Source: a virus
IMG/VR virus record: IMGVR_UViG_3300042398_001156
Coordinates: 1-64,000 of that record
DNA: 64,000 nucleotides
Strand: one strand, 5' to 3'
Shown here piece after piece: positions 59,001-64,000 of the stretch (within the stretch, counting starts at the first letter, position 1; the number at the start of each line of letters is the position of its first letter). The position numbers and the translations under genes are program-made. The notes below the pieces were generated by a model. That model had not been told where the DNA came from. It did not search any database and saw only the letters and a list, made by a program, of their open reading frames with translations.

Positions 59001-62000
59001 TATATTCTTTTTGTTTAAATGAATTAATATCCATGTTGTCAAAAGGATATGATTTTAATTCTAATAATCTTTCTAATACTAATAAAACTTCTCTTGGTAT
59101 TTCTATAGTTGTAACGTTACTTCCTGTACCAACAACTTCAAAACCTTCTTGTATAGAAGGTTGAGCTACGCCTCTGTTTGCTTTTTTTCTTTTTTCTAAT
59201 TCTTTTTCGTCCGATTTAAAATCAGATTGTTTTACAAAATAAAGTTTTTCTGAGCTAACATAAGTTATTGGTATTTGTAAAGATGTTGACCAGCTACCAG
59301 TTGGTTCATCTCCACCACGTACATATAATCTTTCTGTACTACTATTAACTATGTTTTTTATTTTTGTTATAAACGTATTTAATTGATTTCTTACATAAGG
59401 ATTTTCAATTAAAAATTTAAGTATATCATCGTTTAATAAATTTCTTTTTTTCCAATCAATCTTACTGTATTCTTCTTCTTCTTTATTTAATGCTTCTCTA
59501 AACTTATCAAATAGTGGATGACTTTTTCCAAAGGCATCAAACTCTGCTTGGGTTTTGTCAGTGTTTGGTATTTCACGGCCACTATCTACCCAGTCTTTTT
59601 TTATTTGTTGATAAAAACTTTCTCTTAAATCTGAAGCTTCTTCTAATTTTTCAAACATTAAAACAATTTCTTTTTCGTAAGAAGTTATTTTACTTTCTAT
59701 TTCTTTTAAACCTTCTTCTTTTCCAAGTTTTTCTTTAACTTGTAAAACATTTAAGCTACTTTTTATTTTAAAAGAACTTAAATAATTGCTGTCTTCTTTA
59801 TTAATAGTAGCAATTAATTGTTTAGTTAGCGTTAATAATCCTTGAAGTGTAAATTTCTTTAAGTAAATAAGTTTGTTTAATTCTGTTTTGTAACGTTCTT
59901 TTGTTATATCTTTTTTATTAATTCCTAACTTATGTAAATCATAATTAATTTTAAGTTGCGCGTATGTTGCCCACAAAAATTTACGATATGAAAGCTCATT
60001 AGCTCTATCATGTTTTTTAAATGTAAATGTTTCTTTTTTATTTTTAACATCTTGTATAGCTTTATCAATAACAGTTTCATAATTATCAAAATCTTCCAGT
60101 CCAAAAGTATTAAAGTATTCATCTTGTGCTTGTGCTAAATAATTTTCTGCTTTATTTAAGTATTCACTTTGTGATTTTAAAAGAATATCCGTACTTTTTT
60201 TATCTAGTGTAAGTGAATCTTTTAAATCTTTTTGTTCTTTTGCAGCAATTTCTTTAGCAGCACCTTTAAAACTTCCATAGTAAGCTCTTTGAATTTTATT
60301 AACATGATATCTAGCGATAGCTAACTGTCTTCCTTTACGACTTAAACCATCTTCTGTATCACTAATAATTTTATCACCGTCTGTAAAATATTTATTAATG
60401 TTATCAATTCTATTTTCATTATTTTTAATAATGGATTCATAACCTTTTCTATAAGTACCCCAGGTCTTTTTTGAAACTTTAGAATCTTTTGGATCAACTC
60501 CATTAATTAAAGTTTTTTGAAGTGTATTAATTGTATTAATTTTATCTTCTGCATTTTTAATAAAGTTATTATAATCTTCGACTGTTTGTATATTAATACC
60601 TAATTCAATTAATGATTTAACATTATTTTCAAAAGTATCTTTTTTATATGTATTTCTAATTTTTGCAAATGCTTTATATTCTTTTGTAGATAACCACGTT
60701 TTTGCTTCAATTAAATCATCTCTTATTTTATCGTACAGTTCAAAAAACTTAACAGACTTTTTATTTTTAAATTTGTTTATTTTATCTTGGTTTTCTTTTT
60801 GAGCCTTTGTTAATAATTTTTCATTGAACTCTTCGTATTCTTTAATAAGCGAAGGTGTATTTTCATACACAGCAATTAAAATTTTTTCTTTTCTGTCTTT
60901 TGCTTCTTTATCAATAGTAGTTATTTCATTATTTAAAATAACTTGAGATGATTCTAAAATGTTTATTTGTGTTAATAATTCTAATTCTTTTTTATTTATA
61001 GCAGCAAGATCTGTATTACTAAAATTAAACATAGATTTTAAACTATCTAATCTATTTGTTAATGTTACAGCTTCTTCTTTTAATTTATTGACAGTATTAG
61101 TAATTAATTCCCAGCTTACAATTGTAGGTAATTTTTTAAAATCATAATCTTTATCTCCAGCTACACCTTCTTCTATAGTATCCCATAACAGTCTTTCCCC
61201 TTTATCAAGATTTAATTGACTGCTTAAAATTTTTGTAAGGTCATTAATATTTTGAATACGTTTAGTTACTTCACTTCTTTCCTTAGGAGTCATTGCTTCT
61301 AAAACAGCTTTAGGAAAAATAATATTAATAGCTTTTCTAATTGATCCTGCTGTTTCAATTTGATTAGCAAGGCTAGTTAACTTTGAAATATTATAACGTT
61401 GCTGTGCGTCTGATATAGTTTTTATTTGATCTTCAAGATAACGCAATCTAGTTTGTGCTTGTGCTTTTGTTTTATTGTCAAACTTATTGATAAGAATATA
61501 ACCCATAACTGCTTGTACAAACTCTGGGGTTACATCAAGTAAATGACGACGAGAATTAAAATAATTAACTATGTCTTCTACTTGTTGGTTTATACGTTTT
61601 AATTGTTCTGGATCATTTATAGAATCAACATATTTTTTAAAATCATTTTTATAAATAGTAATAAATTCTTTACGTTGAGATATATTATTAATAGCAATAG
61701 CTATTTCTAAAAAACGAACAAAGTTAATATCTTCTACTTCTGGTTTAATTAACTTTAATAGATTTGTATATCGTTGCATTAATGCCGTGTAATCAATATT
61801 TCTAGAAGGAACTTCATCAATATTTTTAGCGTACTGTTCACTTGTGTAATGAAAACTAATATCTCCTAAAGCTTGTTCAATTATTTTAGCAACAGTTGCA
61901 TTATAGTTTGGATTTGAATTAGGTATAAATATAACTTTAAAAGTATCACGCATTTGTTGTAATATAATTTTGCTAATATTATTAGGTGTAGTTAAAATAT

Positions 62001-64000
62001 ATTTACGTTCAGGTGTAACATTTGTATCAGGCACATCTTCATTTTTTAAAACAATAGTATCTAATCTATTGTTTATATCTTCTACATATGTACCTGCGTT
62101 AATTAAATAACTGACAGAATTATAAATATCTCTTAAGATACTATTTTCAAATACATCTTTTTTTGGATTTGTTTCAAACGTTCCCGTAGCTTCTAAAGCT
62201 TTAACACGTTTAATGTTTTTACGTATTTCTTTATCTCTAAATCTATCAACAGCGTCACTCCAAGACCATTTAGCGCCTTCAAATTTTTGATTAATATAAA
62301 TAGATTTAATCATATTTAATAATGAAACAAAGACAAAAGCATTATCATTAGAACTAAATTTATTTATTAGTACTATCATTAAGTCATCAACAGTTTTGTA
62401 CACTTCAAATAATCTTACAATTTCTTCATAGTCAGTAAATCCTATTTCAGCAAAAAATTGTCTAATTTTATTAACGCGTGTTATTTCATCGTGTTCAATT
62501 TCTTTACCATAAGCATGTGTGTATCCTAATATAAATTTTTTAAAATATGACATAAAATCTTTACTATCATTTAGTAAAGGTATTTTCATTAAACTATATA
62601 ACTCGTAAGGACTTTCAAATTTATCTTCTGATTTTTTACTTCTAAAGCTAGCCATTACTTTATAAACATTATCATCAATAGGAAGATTTAAATCACCTGT
62701 AATAGTTCTAAATTTCTCAACTTCTATATTATAACTTTTTAGGTACTCTTCAAAAATTTCAACGGTAGTAACTTGATTTTTTCTTTCACGATAAAAAATT
62801 AAATTAATAAACATTTCAGTTATATTACGTATTTGTGGGTCTTGAATATTATCTAAGTATTCATTAACGCTTGCATATTTTACTTGAGGTATAGTGGTGT
62901 TTTGGTCTATTACAGCTACTTTATTAGTAGCACCAAACATCGTATCTTCTAATTTATCTATGATACTTTCGATTGTTTTATTAATATCTAAATTATTAAA
63001 AGATAATCCTGGAACAAGTGCAATTAACTGCACTATAATTTCAGACATACTTGTAACTATTTTTCCGCCTTCTGCGTTAGGGTCGTCTAATGTGTATGTT
63101 CTAAATTCTTCTTTAGGTTTTTTATACCAAGCTGCCACATCTTCTTTATTTTTTTTAATTAAATCAGCTAGTATTGAATTGATAGTATCTTTAGTATTGG
63201 GGTCTGCTGCTAAAGCTTTTTCATACAACATAAAAGCTTCACCACCTAAACGAACAGTAGGGGTTTTTCTTGCGTTTGTACTAATCTTTGTTAAGTAAGT
63301 ACTTATAGTTTGCTTCAATAACATTTCTTGTAAACGTAATACTTCATCCTTATTTATACTATCTAAGTTATTATTAAGTTTTAAATCAATAAACATCTTT
63401 CCAAAGTTATATAACTTTTCATAAGAAGAAGATATATTTTGAAATTCATCTTCAGGCAAAGCTTTAATACCCGCTACAAATTGTTCTAAAGTAATGCCTG
63501 GTTGACCTAGATACGTGGCAAATGATCCGGCTACGGATATTAATAGTCTTTTAATATCTAAAAAGTCTTCATCTTTTAATGTATTAAAAACTGTATCTTG
63601 ATCAATATTAAAAAACGATAAAGCGTTTATTAAATCTTCGTTTTTAAAATCTCCGTATTCAAAAATATTTTTATTATTCTTAATAACATAAAGTAAGTTA
63701 GACCAGTTTAAATTAATAGAAGTGCCTTTAATTCTTGCGTTACTTTCTTTAACTTTTTCTTTATAAAATTTACGTGTTTTTCTAACGCTTCTAGCTATTT
63801 GTGTTTCTAAAGTAACACCATCGGTTTGTTTAAGATTAAACATTTCTTTTAATCTTTGTATACCATAAAGTCTTTCTTCTACACGGTTAACAGTATTAAA
63901 CATTGTTAGATTTTCATTATACTTATTATTATCATTAATAAAGTTTGTATTAGCTTCTCTTAAAATTTTTATTCTAGCCGATATTTCTTGTGCTGTAATA
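47089..64000 (-). CDS. Giant polyvalent virion protein containing a single-chain two-barrel (multisubunit-type) DNA-dependent RNA polymerase and DEDD exonuclease-like motifs; 5' end beyond window
   Basis: beta-like G.N...M....YEDA, GWK...GFKG, N..S...R...G..LE, G..Y.....H..EKM; beta'-like RWP and GADNDGD; frame has no stop from 63903 to 64000. Confidence 0.85.
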   Translation of the reverse strand, partial: ITAQEISARIKILREANTNFINDNNKYNENLTMFNTVNRVEERLYGIQRLKEMFNLKQTDGVTLETQIARSVRKTRKFYKEKVKESNARIKGTSINLNWSNLLYVIKNNKNIFEYGDFKNEDLINALSFFNIDQDTVFNTLKDEDFLDIKRLLISVAGSFATYLGQPGITLEQFVAGIKALPEDEFQNISSSYEKLYNFGKMFIDLKLNNNLDSINKDEVLRLQEMLLKQTISTYLTKISTNARKTPTVRLGGEAFMLYEKALAADPNTKDTINSILADLIKKNKEDVAAWYKKPKEEFRTYTLDDPNAEGGKIVTSMSEIIVQLIALVPGLSFNNLDINKTIESIIDKLEDTMFGATNKVAVIDQNTTIPQVKYASVNEYLDNIQDPQIRNITEMFINLIFYRERKNQVTTVEIFEEYLKSYNIEVEKFRTITGDLNLPIDDNVYKVMASFRSKKSEDKFESPYELYSLMKIPLLNDSKDFMSYFKKFILGYTHAYGKEIEHDEITRVNKIRQFFAEIGFTDYEEIVRLFEVYKTVDDLMIVLINKFSSNDNAFVFVSLLNMIKSIYINQKFEGAKWSWSDAVDRFRDKEIRKNIKRVKALEATGTFETNPKKDVFENSILRDIYNSVSYLINAGTYVEDINNRLDTIVLKNEDVPDTNVTPERKYILTTPNNISKIILQQMRDTFKVIFIPNSNPNYNATVAKIIEQALGDISFHYTSEQYAKNIDEVPSRNIDYTALMQRYTNLLKLIKPEVEDINFVRFLEIAIAINNISQRKEFITIYKNDFKKYVDSINDPEQLKRINQQVEDIVNYFNSRRHLLDVTPEFVQAVMGYILINKFDNKTKAQAQTRLRYLEDQIKTISDAQQRYNISKLTSLANQIETAGSIRKAINIIFPKAVLEAMTPKERSEVTKRIQNINDLTKILSSQLNLDKGERLLWDTIEEGVAGDKDYDFKKLPTIVSWELITNTVNKLKEEAVTLTNRLDSLKSMFNFSNTDLAAINKKELELLTQINILESSQVILNNEITTIDKEAKDRKEKILIAVYENTPSLIKEYEEFNEKLLTKAQKENQDKINKFKNKKSVKFFELYDKIRDDLIEAKTWLSTKEYKAFAKIRNTYKKDTFENNVKSLIELGINIQTVEDYNNFIKNAEDKINTINTLQKTLINGVDPKDSKVSKKTWGTYRKGYESIIKNNENRIDNINKYFTDGDKIISDTEDGLSRKGRQLAIARYHVNKIQRAYYGSFKGAAKEIAAKEQKDLKDSLTLDKKSTDILLKSQSEYLNKAENYLAQAQDEYFNTFGLEDFDNYETVIDKAIQDVKNKKETFTFKKHDRANELSYRKFLWATYAQLKINYDLHKLGINKKDITKERYKTELNKLIYLKKFTLQGLLTLTKQLIATINKEDSNYLSSFKIKSSLNVLQVKEKLGKEEGLKEIESKITSYEKEIVLMFEKLEEASDLRESFYQQIKKDWVDSGREIPNTDKTQAEFDAFGKSHPLFDKFREALNKEEEEYSKIDWKKRNLLNDDILKFLIENPYVRNQLNTFITKIKNIVNSSTERLYVRGGDEPTGSWSTSLQIPITYVSSEKLYFVKQSDFKSDEKELEKRKKANRGVAQPSIQEGFEVVGTGSNVTTIEIPREVLLVLERLLELKSYPFDNMDINSFKQKEYILDELKKVEDAINKSTVVETTKDKYSKDQLKELKGEFEITINNLITNQKNYDLEQTIKALIELKSRITKNKVNIKNSNNVINVLKTEGNQDPTTVLKRVAKKVSAETNKEISDEYLASYILSNDTTLYKKEHDDLIAQRKELTDKIVALKKEKEALKDYSTEVPARIAKLNELLEKAESDKKGIQNRYDNLISARKEEKPYGNSNLDTYRNLNKINVEQTSVEVIEKIIKDAGQYYIGGYDKLVQLIKDTNTDGEKNIGLHNGITDGVITAFNYMAQMKKAGQNLPEEFIILDMETVTDSNGNKIPYQLTILKFKNVKGKLSFDVLNQFMTNQIFIEGKTEELVNGKVETKLSPELTRFYEQQRRMYVKEMEGFKAWVNADPTKTKKVWRNTDQDEYYNLLNKTIKDELDKRIDTTIKYVIGQRNDIEVTRLFINEVNAAPKNVPIIAHNGEDFDFPNYNQFIQRLASTLKVNLYYQLIRDNDPKAIRERMEYASVNDAVTRGDAARLIAANKKEITRINQKLKKGIPLNKADLTAIGKFDREIENILIQDVIKNVESRLSIVTNQGRKVSLFTGEKSQYNTIKSLVLDYINEKDPIKRLDIRNAIFKYFNEGWMLRHNIREDAKILAYTDELLKIMEEEFTAQIQQGVDSIAGDPKLTSVRQLITDAVKEELNIADDQVTDFNYNEANTSIDLQVQQVLRFIAFIETSGRKSHKEKLTELATDQAKTLKEYKEVEKTIEDLTKKVEDGVVKKETLFEILRKTSKKLQEITKNTTYRINKVLKEKLNEDKYGYSSTNITNYSLLKIELDNLQLELNNSVQALEKLMSIIEESPNGKIDIESTEVKKLLATFIDSTIISIKDAAEKNKILDAYNKRSQELTTMITLLNNGKVAASSTFDKKIEDIINQKTEEFKALAIVKLQELVETWNNIGPEVLGADFKKIPDLKIDDADLINILNKFFNILKLKENTNIIQDKRFANLVELFSKNKGVTKLLSLLKEKDNLVGKIDTLNMRTLVALAIKDELDYVNNNIDLLNRLKFDRKQTDLEVNTEAVTNKFVEVLSRVKKLDAIKKEMEFDHIYTILNGGKVNIENLAKEERLDSLENLANQKEGLEFIQQLNIPNVTRVYKDVHEGVDRKALVIKEDVALIRRPTENFFIVNLFDNFNGVVNSYKFSLKGGKVSFEFNYTYIEAGKTLEVKTIKLQGPKEDEDINDWLKRFFNYKDAKGQVKLGHTKLPQNIVYLEDGVDHSFESIKRVLSHYEKYRKLGLFELNDEGVRGGKVLTEKFLKDEVFDDAIPDTVLEVINMTQVLKNRFFRFLDVHNYARKKEKINNTKTIYQGLADRTLSRFVSNDPSKYLLLVPSTYSANMVIDWTSEGASKIGVLLDLEKSAEGSSGKSVPIYLPTNVDMPHTLNTNPARIILPYNKQYLEYTPYGLINNIYSFEDKLNRSVKFEELLELYFEQAIKDNPATGDLLTDLLERRAENGTLINTFTPNQLTEKQFEFYKRNIFHKIGMNLEIGFMDMPAAYEDALIIDRKVAKILGANEGWKIWLGMWGFKGAIRFEDGIREKFGVSIIANKSSVQQRGAGGAVLEQTMNSIRKYLVNSELQKRGKELLDNPNKTSAILNKAFIKKYGLTERALRILASKDKELKDLFVIKEGKIILDSGEDYYNILLDLFGEDSVNKVKIFSDLTYDVITEDITIERVTDKGDVVIDNFKGLDIQRGEIYVIADADHTAEKMSVNARLNSNPELAIFNRDIKGNVEGGVPVTPSFVAILGMKGVDFKVLLDQDFRKEISIYSEIQSYGIEKFLEAYAIKLSNGNYDIKKTVDNIKARSETPLIDNAQEYMMFFNMRLESNAKDKSWFDIKLKEINLASRNRAQEFLTSDSGAIYTYLYRKHPGVRQQLLANIDLSLGNLRTSRDSWETLSKKKDWLQLEKLDETTWLKLINAFNYTAKKQNFSGINVKDTGLNYEISLKNKEELEAFIIHLHKQGMTNDSINGVENILYTVNKNNTISFYKNKLGRKFGWVLTARWPIQDANSTPTLKIIGYHDHAAIEANPYMYKMMGADNDGDTIGMIALSQQQFIDGRFDRDDATKESYYDEGYFTWDPIKKERRYVEGYLEKIRKELIPDVKTNKRIQNIGYEYTSVGKSVFEKIRTTYKWSELYGSLYEGIQKDINNLVIPETLDWTETEQKEFLNVAIRKLFNLNTAPDFELKDYKDPAAVKKALEDKRYFNIAARSYLFQKIIDAKKYDLTQYVSRKDFNVVNGEVLEKHLSVKDKEYIIKTGVDEIIRNRKEKANAEIIKKVFFRKLYSVGRNETVTRFQGSKVGILIFGGVRKIQTSKSTLSIFPNINRDQTGNVWNSFKDPLRNIVSVDSLTLTFEKVLGTFRNTIYSTALKDQEAGLSFEDLKEKINKDANNFAKQMLPNFTDQVYNGWFKEVAYNPETKIYIDAVDAVKHKDYFKQDAEDVLVFLYKKLYAAALVVKELTSFAEVMSGPNKVDAVVRHFDTFYKNATSLNPHYLEFIKKYKGYQKNGIVVDKFDEVDEQYLYVFYFSRNEDAIREFKKAINPKAKKKTKEKLENVIQRHASNYLNQSIVDRGTIGTQSIEANNIIGIAKHGPIRMLVSEYLRAFKNRVLASANKVGIRDITLGVDDDHDNAIAIGMDKDTFEMEELLIEDKELKALKEKRIEIKSTQLQGSYRSEASALNAANLLINEYSKKEMFGDIYVPDSVYNQYLNIIVEVSKIFNQEKDLEKALDKTITINGQQDSVNNFLGRLVSLRIVGFRLFRIFNMAYGTFKEIEARYAVTSDSNAKLDMKEIRLLADSYFLYKTIIESLGYKQRIYIRELLPSKYQHAKDFFLGSKEVDVEYVTIGEEGQTSQRINTVKNSTSTRATKDNLHIIASKLSNPYGNDYNEALASISKASDLETESVSQFLKDENLDVLKDPITIEELIEQITDSFKEFKSLKNEKEKSYNNRSKESVNDQISRLVSNELAFYKIENLVREIRTAQISLKENNDELYINQSKLKQLAGKLVTSKKEQEDIILSIEQIEKLDLKDSLKYFKNRLKELLEKKREIQMGALSKSFARNFTSGIFLLHTPEGETIEMIKDGVPRYFGDTPTLTSTDINRFKNTNIMNMDKLIYPLISAASIFKKDIVLLDGNGNKTTKRVYDVKEFYEYLVSNRDFIRLVVQKDAYNTEGLAKKVGDLFVKDDPTWENKSRWDKFLGRRKHSKDIKFKSFQEIIDYVKELNAPIKKSYTFETPINKIIFKGKEYTSVDLNGIDLGSDISPTLKEINIKNWKELKGLLKLLEDKLAQGEVLNIGLVTIDNLMSSYETAYKPFKFTGPLSTWLGQLQYLEKLLMRFNYGFIMRNMLDTWLQLYSEIYKDFDIYGTLKNNKEIIRIMGLTFDVYNMYQDISEERILTLLEVKSSYDKLNKLLLNKTAITKEQVLDVIQNFLNIRYRINGYVEGAQSLKQDELKNRIKYRLENNALVYQKDLDSVLKFLLEDVVGVKSIEDLSKVSNDTTYQLKNKDGVLAILNRTSIRDSVNFLLDIRFAEYFTLYDNLKFGEDKGNIYRARIEKRLKKYTKYKDVDGNPIYNADYNDLKNILFEISAFMQTNAQIDTYRQESFAYLRDLVSQRVALDANDFSTRSFKEVYNEIEEQRTGTSNKTLFGKLLRITKAGYKFFYEDLNTDTENVGRIAGYLLDRQLRGYNFQESVNNSLKRFFNYGLRSPLEMQLLADIPYLSFPVRSIKNWIDRITDPRIVVLLSDVIDGVYGQYADEEGQYSEFELLEMQSGWIRVSKNFGLRIGLGLYDVQNILSDPSAALVGRQRPLLKGIAKFLETRDVMQSIRQLAIAGPITRVLNALPMRENLQQSKLKPFVSRQPYTPVTTIPLVYTVQNYEKYTPRRYRYGRNGRWAKYENIYRDWFNKFGRMRRPTTNPYRLVKNIQWRQYVRYRQSQAMILK

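Noticed and set aside
49031-63298. Short ORFs inside the giant gene
   Set aside because: Antisense or alternate-frame shadows in AT-rich sequence
1-64000. Stop-codon reassignment or prophage state
   Set aside because: TAA, TAG and TGA all end tightly packed genes; no integrase, repressor cassette or host flanks visible
47089-64000. N4-type (T7-like) virion RNAP or tape-measure protein
   Set aside because: Motifs are of the two-barrel DxDGD class, not the single-subunit Pol A fold; no tape-measure repeats or siphoviral tail tube genes

Overview
The window is part of a low-GC, apparently lytic dsDNA tailed phage genome with a podovirus-like virion module and standard genetic code. It has three blocks. 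(1) A minus-strand arm (~31.5 kb to position 1) holds an SF3/D5-like helicase, MazG, VRR-NUC, terminase, portal, scaffold, adaptor, nozzle, an ejection-like protein, membrane proteins and tail fibres. It is driven by sigmaA-type promoters that all carry the Gram-positive TRTG -16 element. (2) A plus-strand early/replication arm (32.4-46.9 kb) holds a degenerate DprA, a MoxR AAA/VWA pair, DnaG primase, SSB-like protein, SNF2 helicase, family A DNA polymerase, PD-(D/E)xK exonuclease and Sak4-like ATPase. It ends in a 79-nt tRNA-like RNA resembling a tmRNA tRNA-like domain with no mRNA part. (3) A giant minus-strand ORF (>5,600 aa, open to the right window edge) contains both catalytic double-psi beta-barrel motif sets of a multisubunit-type RNA polymerase (beta-like then beta'-like, with GADNDGD), preceded by DEDD-exonuclease-like motifs; it is probably a virion-packaged single-chain RNA polymerase. 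Several signals suggest a Bacillota/Mollicutes-related host, possibly wall-less (inference): a Prp-type LNLQQF motif, TRTG promoters, the DprA N-terminus, BspA LRR plus InlB B-repeat, and no visible endolysin. No major capsid protein, integrase or endolysin is recognisable in the window. All calls come from reading motifs by eye; no searches were run.
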